From the NCBI GenBank assembly GCA_017503375.1, contig JAFVTF010000067.1:4042-68041 (forward strand): a DNA stretch of 64,000 bases, in the 5' to 3' direction. Each line of letters begins with the position of its first letter. Positions within the stretch are counted from its first letter, which is position 1. Positions 47,293 to 56,876 of this stretch are shown one piece after another. The notes beneath the pieces are model-generated. The model was not told the origin of the DNA. It made no database searches and worked only from the letters and a program-made list of their open reading frames with translations. This stretch comes from Lentisphaeria bacterium (GTDB lineage Bacteria > Verrucomicrobiota > Lentisphaeria > Victivallales > UBA1829). The position numbers and the translations under genes are program-made.

Positions 47293-48510
47293 TTATTTAT
47301 CTTGAAATATTTCGTTGAATATATGACCCATGCGTTCCTGTTTGGTACGCAGATATTTTTCATCATGCTGCTGCGGCGGAATTTCAATGGGAAGCCGTTC
47401 CCGGATCTCAAGTCCATATCCGGAAATTCCAACCAGTTTCTGCGGGTTGTTTGTCAGAAGACGGACTCCCTTGATACCAAGGTCTGTCAGAATCTGTGCT
47501 CCAACTCCATATTCTCTCAAGTCAGCGGCAAAACCCAGCTTTTCATTCGCTTCAATCGTGTCACAGCCGGCTTCCTGAAGTTTGTAGGCATGGATCTTGT
47601 TTTCCAAACCGATTCCTCTGCCTTCCTGCCGCAGATAAACAAGCACTCCATTGCCTTCCGCTGCAATCATCTGCATCGCTTTGGAAAGCTGATCTCCGCA
47701 ATCACATCTGGAAGAACCGAACACATCTCCGGTCAGACATTCACTGTGAACACGGGTCAAAACATTATCTTTCCCGGCAACATCTCCGCAGACCAGGGCA
47801 AGGTGCGTGCTCTGATCCACAAGAGAACGGTAAAGGTAAAGATCAAAATCGCCGTAACGGGTCGGAAGTTTGACTTTTTCTTCGCAGACAACCAGTTTTT
47901 CTTTCCGGCGGCGGTATTCCACAATATCCGCTACGGTACAGAGACAGAGTCCATGTTTTTTTGCAAATTCTCTCAATCCATCCAGCCGGAGCATCCGTCC
48001 GTCATCGCCCATGATTTCACAAATCACTCCGGCAGGTTTCAAACCGGCAAGTTTGGCAAGATCAACAGCCGCTTCCGTATGACCGATTCTCTGAAGAACT
48101 CCTCCCGGACGTGCTGCCAGCGGAAATGTATGTCCCGGACGGGCAAATGCACTTGCCGGAACGGAATCATCAAGCAAATCCTGAATGGTACGGACCCGGT
48201 CATAAGCGGAAATACCCGTTGAGGTTCCAATCATACTGTCAACACTTTCCGTGAATGCTGTCCCGAAATGGTCCGTTGAGGGCGGACGGGAAATTCCCAA
48301 TGCTTTGGCTCTGGCTTCCGGAATGGGAGTACAGATCAAACCTCTTGCATGGGTTGCCATGAATACGATTGTTTCCGGTGTAACAAGCTCTACCGCACAG
48401 ACAAGGTCCCCTTCGTTTTCGCGGGATTCATCATCCACAACGATGACCATTTTTCCTGCCTTGATCGCAGAAACTGTTTCTTCTACTGTACTGAAAATTT
48501 TTTCTTCCAT
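47293..48510 (-). CDS. ribBA: Bifunctional 3,4-dihydroxy-2-butanone-4-phosphate synthase / GTP cyclohydrolase II
   Basis: [11 protein letters not shown] (DHBP synthase) and [19 protein letters not shown] (GCH II zinc site), 405 aa. Confidence 0.9.
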   Translation of the reverse strand: MEEKIFSTVEETVSAIKAGKMVIVVDDESRENEGDLVCAVELVTPETIVFMATHARGLICTPIPEARAKALGISRPPSTDHFGTAFTESVDSMIGTSTGISAYDRVRTIQDLLDDSVPASAFARPGHTFPLAARPGGVLQRIGHTEAAVDLAKLAGLKPAGVICEIMGDDGRMLRLDGLREFAKKHGLCLCTVADIVEYRRRKEKLVVCEEKVKLPTRYGDFDLYLYRSLVDQSTHLALVCGDVAGKDNVLTRVHSECLTGDVFGSSRCDCGDQLSKAMQMIAAEGNGVLVYLRQEGRGIGLENKIHAYKLQEAGCDTIEANEKLGFAADLREYGVGAQILTDLGIKGVRLLTNNPQKLVGISGYGLEIRERLPIEIPPQQHDEKYLRTKQERMGHIFNEIFQDK

Positions 48511-48539
48511 AACGCTGCTGCGCCTCCTTGTTGTTTTTT

Positions 48540-48735
48540 GAGCCGGCGCACGCAGAATATCAAAACCATTTTAATATCCGCTGCGACCCTCTCCCTTCCA
48601 GACTCGCAGAATCCCTTCTGCATCACTGTCGGTTCCGGAGTTTCACCGGATCTGTCCTGTTCAGGACTCGCGGACTTTACCGCCGGTCGGGATTTGCCAT
48701 CAGGCTCACCCAGCCCCGAAGATCGCTCTCTTTTC
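48540..48735 (-). promoter_or_regulatory. FMN riboswitch (RFN element) leader of ribBA
   Basis: Minus strand reads cttcggggctgggtga...aatcccgaccggcggtaaagtccgcgag...gatccggtgaaactccggaaccgacagt...agtctggaagggagag. P1 is gcgatcttc / gagagggtcgc. Downstream, ctgcgtgcgcc can pair with ggcgcagcag, which overlaps the AAGGAGG RBS. Confidence 0.9.
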
Positions 48736-48827
48736 TTTAGTCTGGAGGCAATTTCAAAAGTCTTCCAAGACTTTTGAAATTACCTCTCTATATAATATAC
48801 AGCAATTTCCGTTTTATTCAAGGGGAA

Positions 48828-49229
48828 TCAGTGAGTTTTTCCTTCTTCCGGAGGGATTAAAAGTTCACATAACCCCTTGTCCGCTTCCAGAAAATCAAGC
48901 TCCCGCATCCCTTTTAATGGAATCCAGCGGAACTGCTGTCCTTCTTTTGCAACCGGCTCTTTCTCATTTTTCCGCAGACAACGTAAAAAAACAAGTCGTA
49001 TCGCACCCGCAGGATAGTGATGGATAATGTCAAAAATAACATCCATCGGAATCACATCCAGTGCCAGTTCCTCCTGCATTTCCCGGATGATACAGTCCCC
49101 GAAACTTTCTCCCGGCTCCACTTTGCCTCCGGGAAATTCCCACTTCCCGGCAGCCGCTTTGCTGTCAGGACGGTTTGAAACAAGAATCATTCCCTTTTCC
49201 CGGATGATCGCCGCACAGACCGTTTTCAT
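48828..49229 (-). CDS. NUDIX hydrolase (MutT-like)
   Basis: Nudix box GKWEFPGGKVEPGESFGDCIIREMQEELAL. 4-nt overlap with the upstream MATE gene. Confidence 0.85.
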   Translation of the reverse strand: MKTVCAAIIREKGMILVSNRPDSKAAAGKWEFPGGKVEPGESFGDCIIREMQEELALDVIPMDVIFDIIHHYPAGAIRLVFLRCLRKNEKEPVAKEGQQFRWIPLKGMRELDFLEADKGLCELLIPPEEGKTH

Positions 49230-50587
49230 TTTGCCTCACTCTCCCGCAGCAGCCGCCATGTCAAACGGTGTGCAAAAATCATGCCGATCGTTCCGGATAA
49301 AACATCAGCTGCCAGACGGGCGGCAAATATCCAATTCATATCTCCGAACGCCGCTGCCAATAACGTAAATGGAATCAGACAGCCGATGATTCTTAACCCA
49401 CTCAGCCAGGCAGATGCCGCAGGACGGTTGCATCCGGTAAAAGTAAAACCGGAGTAACGGTGCGCTTCCAGAAAACCGAATCCAAACGGAACGATCCGGA
49501 GGTACTGCGTCATGACTTTTGCCGCTTCCGGACTCTCACTGCAGAAAAATTGAGAAATCTGCGGAGCAAATATACAGATAATAATGGCAAGGAACATTTC
49601 ATACGATAACGCAAAGCGCATGGCAAAACGACGGCACTGATTGATCCGGTCAAAACGCTTTGCCCCGAAATTCTGCCCAATCATCGGCATCATGGACATA
49701 CCAAGAGCCATCGGAACCAGAAATGCAACCGTTTCCAATCGGGCGGCTGCGTTCGTTCCAGCTACACTCGCTGAACCGAAATCAGAAACCACTTTCGTGA
49801 CAATCGCACTGCCGATAGGCATCAGGATCATTCCGAGAATAGAAGGAATCGCAACCCGGAGAACCATCATCCAGCTCTTGAATATGAAACGGAAATCCAG
49901 CGGGATTCTGGAGAGCAAGTGATGTTTTTTCCAGATGAGAAACAGGATGATCACTGAAGATAAGCCCTGCGAGATCACTGTTGCAAGAGCTCCGCCGAAG
50001 ATGCCCGTCGCCGGAATGATCCACCATCCGAAAATCAAAACAGGGTCAAGAATCACATTGACAACCATCCCGAAAATCATCATTGTACTGGCAAGTTTTG
50101 AATCCGCTGCTGTAATCAGAATCGAGTTCCCTGCCATACCTATCACCGCCAGGGGTGTTCCGATATACCAGACAAGCATATATTCCCGGATCATTCCGAA
50201 CAGCTCCGGCTTTGCTCCCAAAAGAGAAAAAACCGGATTCATGGTGAAGATTCCAATCAATGCAAGCAGACTGGTCAGTAAGACAACCAGCGCAAGTCCG
50301 GCAGTCGTGATAGAGGCGGCCCGTTCCCTGCGTTCACCGCCAAGAGAGTGGGCAACCAATGTCATGATTCCTGTTCCCAAACCATGAAAAATACATCCGG
50401 CAAACATGGCAACCGGCATAGTAAAACCAACTGCCGCAAGAGGTGCTTCACCCAATTTCCCAATAAAATAGGTGTCTGCAATATTGTATCCTGACATGGC
50501 AAGTGTGCCAGCCAGCATTGGAACCGCTGTACGGATCATCGTCAAGCCGATGGGGGCCGTAATAAAATCAGATTTCTGTGGAGGCAT
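49226..50587 (-). CDS. MATE-family efflux transporter
   Basis: 453 aa, about 12 hydrophobic helices. The N-terminal IRTAVPMLAGTLAMSGYNIADTYFIGKLG pattern is typical of MATE proteins. Confidence 0.8.
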   Translation of the reverse strand: MPPQKSDFITAPIGLTMIRTAVPMLAGTLAMSGYNIADTYFIGKLGEAPLAAVGFTMPVAMFAGCIFHGLGTGIMTLVAHSLGGERRERAASITTAGLALVVLLTSLLALIGIFTMNPVFSLLGAKPELFGMIREYMLVWYIGTPLAVIGMAGNSILITAADSKLASTMMIFGMVVNVILDPVLIFGWWIIPATGIFGGALATVISQGLSSVIILFLIWKKHHLLSRIPLDFRFIFKSWMMVLRVAIPSILGMILMPIGSAIVTKVVSDFGSASVAGTNAAARLETVAFLVPMALGMSMMPMIGQNFGAKRFDRINQCRRFAMRFALSYEMFLAIIICIFAPQISQFFCSESPEAAKVMTQYLRIVPFGFGFLEAHRYSGFTFTGCNRPAASAWLSGLRIIGCLIPFTLLAAAFGDMNWIFAARLAADVLSGTIGMIFAHRLTWRLLRESEAK

Positions 50588-50798
50588 AGTTTTTCCCGGA
50601 TCAGTAGATGATCCGTCCTCCCATGGGCTGAACTTCCCAGTTTGACTGGGAATTGAATGGTTTCGGATTTATTCCGGAACGTTCCTGCGGCGTGGAAAAA
50701 AATGCACATCCGCCGCAGAAAAACAGAAGAATCATTCCGGAAAAGAATAAAATACTGTGTCGCAATTTCATAAAAAAAGTATTTCCTGTAATAACAAA

Positions 50799-50833
50799 GA
50801 TACTGCAAAAGAACTTTTACCCCTTGCAGTATC
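50799..50833 (-). terminator. Probable terminator hairpin after the coiled-coil gene / small ORF unit
   Basis: 10-bp stem gatactgcaa / ttgcagtatc, followed on the minus strand by tttgtt (a weak U-tract). Confidence 0.45.
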
Positions 50834-50890
50834 TTCAAATTTTATTTGAGCCGATTTCAAACTTGTCTGTGTATTTTTTGAAACCGTCTC

Positions 50891-51028
50891 CTATTTTCCT
50901 GTAACCTTCTGGATCAGCGACTGCAAATCACCGTATGCATCCAATTCCATGAGTTGGATTCCAATCGCAGCGCAGAGAAGGAGGAACGTTACGATTCCAA
51001 CGATTGTAAATGTTGTTGATCTGAACAT
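50891..51028 (-). CDS. Candidate 45-aa single-pass membrane protein (below the ORF-track cutoff)
   Basis: AAAGGA RBS 9 nt upstream of ATG 51028. Translation is MFRSTTFTIVGIVTFLLLCAAIGIQLMELDAYGDLQSLIQKVTGK*. It lies 26 nt after the upstream gene's stop and before a hairpin. Confidence 0.4.
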   Translation of the reverse strand: MFRSTTFTIVGIVTFLLLCAAIGIQLMELDAYGDLQSLIQKVTGK

Positions 51029-51054
51029 TTTCAAAAATCCTTTCTCATAGAATA

Positions 51055-52296
51055 TTACTTCTTGAGGAGTTTTTCAATATCAGCCTTGAGAAGTTTCATG
51101 TCATCTTCAAGGAAAATCACTGCATCGCCTTCCTGAATCTTGTCACGGAGAGTATTGAGCTGGATATCAGCATTGGAGTAATCAGCATGAACATCTCTCA
51201 AAGTGATTTTTCCGATGACTTTCGGAGTATTGGTTGAGATTCCGCGGACGATTGTCATTGTCTTTCCGGGGGTGATGTTCAGGAGCGTCTTATAGGTTCT
51301 TCCGGCAAAGGTCTGCTGGACTTCTCTCTTTGCACCCAGGTCGATTGTGACAAAGTTCCATTTTGTATCGACTCTCTTGACCTGATTTCTGACGAGAGCG
51401 TAAAGGTTCAGGTAATACTGAGCATCTTTCTTCTGGTATTCAATCCGGTTGATGTCAGGGTTGTTCGTCGGATTGATTCTCTTTTTCAGATCTGCAATTT
51501 CAGCAGCTTTCTTTTTATTATCAGTGACGTATCTGTCTTTTTCTCTGGTCAAGCTGGTGATTCTGTTGTTGAGTTTTGTGATTTCAGAAGTCTTTCTTCT
51601 GTTTTCAGCTTTTTCCTTGTTCAGCTCAGCTTTCTGTTTTGCAACAGCTTTGGTGATTTCATCCTGATTGGAAGCTCCAACTCCAACAGTCTGAGCGATC
51701 TTCTGCAGTCTGGCATCTCTTTCTGCAATTTTAGCATTCTGAGCATCAACAGCCTTATGGATTCTGCTGACATAGGCTCTGCCCTGGTCACCCTTATCGT
51801 CTTTAATAGCGTTTGCTGTTGTTGCAACACTGAGTCTGGAACCTGCTGTGGAGAAAACCTGAGCAATCGCATCATTTTTTCTCTTATACTGATTGACTTT
51901 TGCTTTCAGCTCATCTTTGTGTGCAACATAGGAGTTGACATCAAGCAGGGTTTCTTTGTCTGCTGTAACACCAACTGCTGCGGAAATGTCGCAGATAGCC
52001 TGTGCAAGTTCATCTCTCTGTTTGACAACTTTATCAGCACCTGCAGAAAGTTTCTGAAGCCTGCTTTCCATATCAGCCAGATTGCGGTGGCTGAATTCTT
52101 TTGTCTTAATCTGATCCGCCACGTTTGTTTTGGAACCTTTGTCAAGGTTTTTCGCTGTTGCATCAATTTGATTTGCCATCAAATCCCATCCCTTTAACAA
52201 ATCTGTTCTTTTCTCAAACAGAAAGTATGAGAGAATGGTTGCCCCTGCTGCTGCCAGCAGGATAAGGATTAACACGATTCGGTTGAGAACACCCAT
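51055..52296 (-). CDS. Membrane-anchored coiled-coil protein with a C-terminal beta-rich domain, function unknown
   Basis: N-terminal TM segment VLNRIVLILILLAAAGATILSYFLF, about 250 aa of heptad-rich K/E/A sequence, and a C-terminal WNFVTIDLGAKREV...VIGKITLRDV domain. Confidence 0.6.
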   Translation of the reverse strand: MGVLNRIVLILILLAAAGATILSYFLFEKRTDLLKGWDLMANQIDATAKNLDKGSKTNVADQIKTKEFSHRNLADMESRLQKLSAGADKVVKQRDELAQAICDISAAVGVTADKETLLDVNSYVAHKDELKAKVNQYKRKNDAIAQVFSTAGSRLSVATTANAIKDDKGDQGRAYVSRIHKAVDAQNAKIAERDARLQKIAQTVGVGASNQDEITKAVAKQKAELNKEKAENRRKTSEITKLNNRITSLTREKDRYVTDNKKKAAEIADLKKRINPTNNPDINRIEYQKKDAQYYLNLYALVRNQVKRVDTKWNFVTIDLGAKREVQQTFAGRTYKTLLNITPGKTMTIVRGISTNTPKVIGKITLRDVHADYSNADIQLNTLRDKIQEGDAVIFLEDDMKLLKADIEKLLKK

Positions 52297-52531
52297 GGAG
52301 GACTCCTTCGTTTTTTATATTATTTTTAATACGTTATTCTTCTTCCTTGAAGCATTACCTGTAAATCTATATTGAAAAGTGCGTTTTGTCAAATTGAAAA
52401 ACGTTTTTTTTTCATATTTTTTTACAGTTTTCTTCCCTTTTTGCCAGTTTATAACAGGTGGTAATATATCATACATCTTGTTAAATGTCAAAAAAAAAGA
52501 TGACGAAACTTCCTTTTTTTTGTAAAAATAC

Positions 52532-52569
52532 AGAAAAAATGCCGGTTCCAATGTTTGAAAACCGGCATT
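52532..52569 (-). terminator. Rho-independent terminator closing the locus-4 operon
   Basis: 10-bp stem aatgccggtt / aaccggcatt (52538-52569), followed on the minus strand by TTTTTT. Confidence 0.7.
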
Positions 52570-52586
52570 TTGTATGTTTTGTCGTT

Positions 52587-55500
52587 TTATCGCGTCCATT
52601 CCCGAACAGTTTTGGTTCCGGAGGCAAGTTCTTCCGCTTCCAGTTTCCATTTTCCGTTCGGCTCATTCTGACCGGGAACATATACAAATTCCGCAGAACC
52701 GTTTTTGGCAGAGATGAACTGTTCCATTTTCTGTCCGTTCGGCATCGTCAGCAGAACACGGATCGGCTGGATTCCTTTCAGCTGTTTCTGTTTTCCATTC
52801 AGAACAGAAATCTTGAAGACAGCTTTTTTACCTGCCTGGAATGTTGGAATGTTTTCAACTTTCACTGCACCGACAGCTTCAGGGTAGACAATCAGAAGTT
52901 TTCCTTCCACGGGTTTGAAGTCAAGAGAAACCTTTCCGTTTTTCAACTCAAGTTTCTTCTTTGCCGGGAATTCATAGACAGCTCCATTTGTTTTAAGAGA
53001 AACATCCGCTTTCAGCGGCAGACCTGCATCGTAAACAGATTTATATTTTTTACCGAAGTAATCTCCGAATGTCCGTTTGTCATTCATCAGGAATACATAT
53101 TTGCAGTCGCCGGATTGAAGAGTCCGGATGTACAGTTCTGTGGATTCTGTATCGGCAAATGTGGAACCTGCCTGTTTGAATTTCCGCAGAGCTTTTGCAT
53201 AGTTCTGCTGTTCTGCATACATTACATCGGCAGTAAATCCCTTTTTATGCTTGACACTCCAATAAGTCGTGTCGGTGATTTTCTCGGTTTCGATGGGGAA
53301 CTTGACCGCTTTCGGGAACAGTTTTGCCCAGGGGGAATCCGGTTCCGTCAGGATCTTTCCGCCTTTATCAGCAAATGTTTTGAGTTTATCAAAGACATCC
53401 TGCGGCAGATGACTTGTACGGTAAAGCAGGATCTGGTCATAGTTAGCCAGTTCTCCTTTCCGGATGGTTTCTTCTGTGATGATCGCTGTCGGAATATTTG
53501 CTTTCCAGAAGAGATTCAAAATCGTATTCGCAGATGAATTTCCATAACCGCCCCAGTAGGATCTGTTGAAGATCTGGGAACCGAAAGAAAGCATCAGAGC
53601 TGTTTTGGGCTGTTCTCTTTCAAGATGGCGTGTTGCACTCCAGAGAGGTTTGACAAATTTCTTTGCAAAATCACTGACCGTCTGTCTGATGTGCTTTTCC
53701 CGGAATTCCGGTTTTGAAGTCGGCAGCAGGAAATTCAAATCGTAAATTTCGATCATTTCCGGTTTTGCTGCAAAGCCGAGATGAAGTGCTGTCAGATAAA
53801 TATTTGCAGGCTGAACACCTGCCCAGCGTCCTTTGGCAGGACCGATCTTATAACTGTAAAGCCAGAGACTGGGGTCAAGCTGGAATTTTTCCGGACGGCC
53901 GCCGGCACGGCAGGCGGAAAGCATGCTTTCCACAGCCATAAATGTTTCTCCGGCATCCGGATGACAATAGAACCATGTTCCGGCAAAATCCATTCCTTCC
54001 ATACGGGAGGAAAGAGGCACATTGCGGTACGGGTCATGATAGACTTGAATATCGGGACGTTCTTTTTTGATGATTTTTGCGACCTGAGCGCGGATGAGGT
54101 TATCTCCGGCACCGCGGTCCCAGAACCATGACATGAAACGGTAGTATTTGTTGTCCGTCGGGAAAACTGCGGGGGTGGCTTTTTTCACACTCTGCGGGAT
54201 TCTGACAACGCGGCCTGCGGTATTGTCGATTTCCATATTGGCAGTTTCAGAGATCGGCGGTTCAAAGCCCAGTTCTTTTCTGGCTCTGTCAATATCTTCT
54301 TTTGCGTATCCCTGTTCCAGAAAGTTTTCAATTTCAGAGTCCAGAAGAATACGGTTGATTGCAGGATAATCTTTGAGGAATTTTGCAATTTTTTCCATGC
54401 CGGAACAGATGTATTTGATGGTTTTTTCATTCCGTGCATTCAGCCGAATGCTGCGGGTTCCGTCTTTGCGGACAACGCACATATCGTTTCCGCCTGCGGG
54501 AACAGCGGAGAGAAGTGCAATCTGAATCCCGATCGACATATTGTTCAGCATGGCGTAGTCTGTCCGGGAGGCAATCATTTTTTTGCGGTACTGAACATCA
54601 TCTTTCGGGGTAAGATTCAGGTTGATGCCGTTGAAACCGTTTGCATTCATGACAGCAAGATCGCCGCCTGTCCAGCAGTAGAAACGGTAAAGATCTTTCT
54701 GCGGGCGTCTCACAACGGTGATATTCATTTCAGCAGACAGCTTTCCGTCGGTGACTTTGACTGTGTTTTTTCCGTAATTCAGGTCAGAAGCTTTGACGGA
54801 AATTGCCTGTTTGACTGTTCCTGTTGCGGGAACTGTTGAAACCGAACGGGATTCTTTTTTCTTCTGATACACCACTTGCATTTTTCCGGGTTTCATCGCA
54901 TCGGGTGTCCGGTTGATGAATTCAGCGGTCATAGCGATGGTTTCATCATCATAAAAAACGGTACGGCAGGTATCTGTGCTCAAACGGATTTCCTGTTTCG
55001 GGAGTGCCACAGGTTTTTTCTCAACGGCATATCCGGAATAGCTCTTGACAGAAACTTCTGCAAACTGAGCTTTCCGTTCGTGTACGCCGATTGCAACAGT
55101 TCCTTTCTTGAAGGTATCATCCAATGTCTGCAAAAGTTCAATGCTGTTGAGACGGACGTGGATCATTCCTTCATGTCTGCCGATGGAGATTGTCAGCGGG
55201 GCTGTTCTGCTTCCGGATGTCGGAATCTGAGTATCAACAGATGTTCTGGAAGCAAGCAGAGAAGCCTTTCCTTTTTCCACTTTGTAAAGATTCAGTTCAC
55301 GCTGGGTGTTGTTTCCATCCAGAACAAGACGGTAACAGTTGTTATTATCCTGACGGCAAAATTCCAGAATGATTTTTCCCATATTGTCGACAGTAATGAC
55401 ACGTGCGGTCAGAACGAAACTTTCGGGCATGATTTTGTCATTGACTGCCAGCGCATTAACGTCGATATGATCACTAAATTCTCTGTATCCGAATTTATCT

Positions 55501-56087
55501 GAATACCATTTCCCGCTGACAGGTTTGAACGGGATATTTTTGGAGGGCGCAACAAAATGAAGGTGAGTTGTTTCAGTTCCTGCGGAGGTGAATTTTTCCG
55601 GACGGACAACTTTTTCAAGAATTTTAACGTTTGTGACTTTTCCGGGGAAAATAAATCTGTTTCCGGGATATTTTCCGATCTGAAGTGAGTGCTGATTGAC
55701 GAGCGGCATCGTGATGTTTTCTTTTTCGCCGATCTTGGTTCCATTCAGATAAATTTCTCCTTTTCCGTTTTCAAAACAGAGGGTGATCCTGCTTGTTTTG
55801 AAAAGTTCCAGTTCCACGGGAGCGGAAATTCCTTTGCCGCGGTTGACCCGGAAGTTCAAATGAGATTTGGCTCCGAATCTTCCTCTGGAATAGTCCAGAG
55901 ACCAGGAGTGTTGAGCTGAATCATATCCTTTGGTCAGAATTTGAGTTCTGTGTGCGGCGGGAAATTCTCCCATGGGGAAAACATCCGCCTGAATGGTCAT
56001 TCCTTTGTTCTGTGCTACCGCTGAAAGGGATAATAATCCGATTCCGCAAAGCAGCAGACGTTTCATTGTTTTGTGAAGGTGGTTCAT
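52587..56087 (-). CDS. 1166-aa secreted multidomain protein (LamG/concanavalin-like N-terminal modules plus a putative glycan-enzyme core)
   Basis: Signal peptide MKRLLLCGIGLLSLSAVAQ. LamG-like segment GEIYLNGTKIGEKEN...IGKYPGNRFIFPGKVTNVKILEK. The rest was not confidently assigned. AGGAG RBS. Confidence 0.55.
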   Translation of the reverse strand: MNHLHKTMKRLLLCGIGLLSLSAVAQNKGMTIQADVFPMGEFPAAHRTQILTKGYDSAQHSWSLDYSRGRFGAKSHLNFRVNRGKGISAPVELELFKTSRITLCFENGKGEIYLNGTKIGEKENITMPLVNQHSLQIGKYPGNRFIFPGKVTNVKILEKVVRPEKFTSAGTETTHLHFVAPSKNIPFKPVSGKWYSDKFGYREFSDHIDVNALAVNDKIMPESFVLTARVITVDNMGKIILEFCRQDNNNCYRLVLDGNNTQRELNLYKVEKGKASLLASRTSVDTQIPTSGSRTAPLTISIGRHEGMIHVRLNSIELLQTLDDTFKKGTVAIGVHERKAQFAEVSVKSYSGYAVEKKPVALPKQEIRLSTDTCRTVFYDDETIAMTAEFINRTPDAMKPGKMQVVYQKKKESRSVSTVPATGTVKQAISVKASDLNYGKNTVKVTDGKLSAEMNITVVRRPQKDLYRFYCWTGGDLAVMNANGFNGINLNLTPKDDVQYRKKMIASRTDYAMLNNMSIGIQIALLSAVPAGGNDMCVVRKDGTRSIRLNARNEKTIKYICSGMEKIAKFLKDYPAINRILLDSEIENFLEQGYAKEDIDRARKELGFEPPISETANMEIDNTAGRVVRIPQSVKKATPAVFPTDNKYYRFMSWFWDRGAGDNLIRAQVAKIIKKERPDIQVYHDPYRNVPLSSRMEGMDFAGTWFYCHPDAGETFMAVESMLSACRAGGRPEKFQLDPSLWLYSYKIGPAKGRWAGVQPANIYLTALHLGFAAKPEMIEIYDLNFLLPTSKPEFREKHIRQTVSDFAKKFVKPLWSATRHLEREQPKTALMLSFGSQIFNRSYWGGYGNSSANTILNLFWKANIPTAIITEETIRKGELANYDQILLYRTSHLPQDVFDKLKTFADKGGKILTEPDSPWAKLFPKAVKFPIETEKITDTTYWSVKHKKGFTADVMYAEQQNYAKALRKFKQAGSTFADTESTELYIRTLQSGDCKYVFLMNDKRTFGDYFGKKYKSVYDAGLPLKADVSLKTNGAVYEFPAKKKLELKNGKVSLDFKPVEGKLLIVYPEAVGAVKVENIPTFQAGKKAVFKISVLNGKQKQLKGIQPIRVLLTMPNGQKMEQFISAKNGSAEFVYVPGQNEPNGKWKLEAEELASGTKTVREWTR

Positions 56088-56107
56088 ATTTGTGTATCTC
56101 CTGTATT

Positions 56108-56857
56108 TTAGTTGCTCCCGGGGTTTCCGAAATATCTGTTTCCATCAATAAACCACATGGGACGGTTCAGTCTGAGAGGCCCTGTTGTGAATTTTGTGAT
56201 GTCGACATGCCCATCAGCACGTCCTGTCACATTATTGAAGTTATGTCTCATTTTAACATCTATCGGAACCGGGAGTTTATCTGAATCGTATCCGCTGTAG
56301 TAGGGATCTGTTCCACTGACAGAAAAGGTTGTGCCGTCGTTCCATTCCATCATATAGACCAGAACTGACGGCTTCAGAATATTGGTTCTTTTCCGGAGTT
56401 TTCCCGCATTGCTTCCGGCGGAGTCCACTGAAAGAAAACAACTTCCGTTTGTACGGTAACTCAAAGCGAATCCATAATGTCCGTACGGTTCCTTTTTCAT
56501 GAATAAATGCGGGTCGGAAGGACAACTGAAGAGGTTATTTTCTTTCACTGCTGAATTTGTCTTTTTGTAGTAGAGATTTGCAGCGTGCATCCAGTACGGT
56601 GTTGAATAAAACTTGTTCTGATAATTTGCATGAGAGCCGCCGGGGGCGATAAAATCATCATAATCATCACTGTAAAAGTTCAGATAAGTCAGGAGGGACT
56701 TCTCGTTATTGACGCACTGCGTTCTTTTTGCAGAACCTCGGGCGTTGTTCAATGCGGGCAATAACATTCCGGCAAGGATTGCGATAATTGCGATCACAAC
56801 GAGCAGTTCAATCAGTGTGAAACTCATGTGTTTTTCTCTGTTTCGGAAATTTTTCAT
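56108..56857 (-). CDS. Prepilin-type N-terminal domain protein of the H-X9-DG / DUF1559 family
   Basis: [44 protein letters not shown]-terminal [12 protein letters not shown]. The start is set at ATG 56857 by identity with the paralog at 58928, including the AAAGGA RBS. Confidence 0.85.
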   Translation of the reverse strand: MKNFRNREKHMSFTLIELLVVIAIIAILAGMLLPALNNARGSAKRTQCVNNEKSLLTYLNFYSDDYDDFIAPGGSHANYQNKFYSTPYWMHAANLYYKKTNSAVKENNLFSCPSDPHLFMKKEPYGHYGFALSYRTNGSCFLSVDSAGSNAGKLRKRTNILKPSVLVYMMEWNDGTTFSVSGTDPYYSGYDSDKLPVPIDVKMRHNFNNVTGRADGHVDITKFTTGPLRLNRPMWFIDGNRYFGNPGSN

Positions 56858-56876
56858 TTTTTTCCTTTCTGTTATT

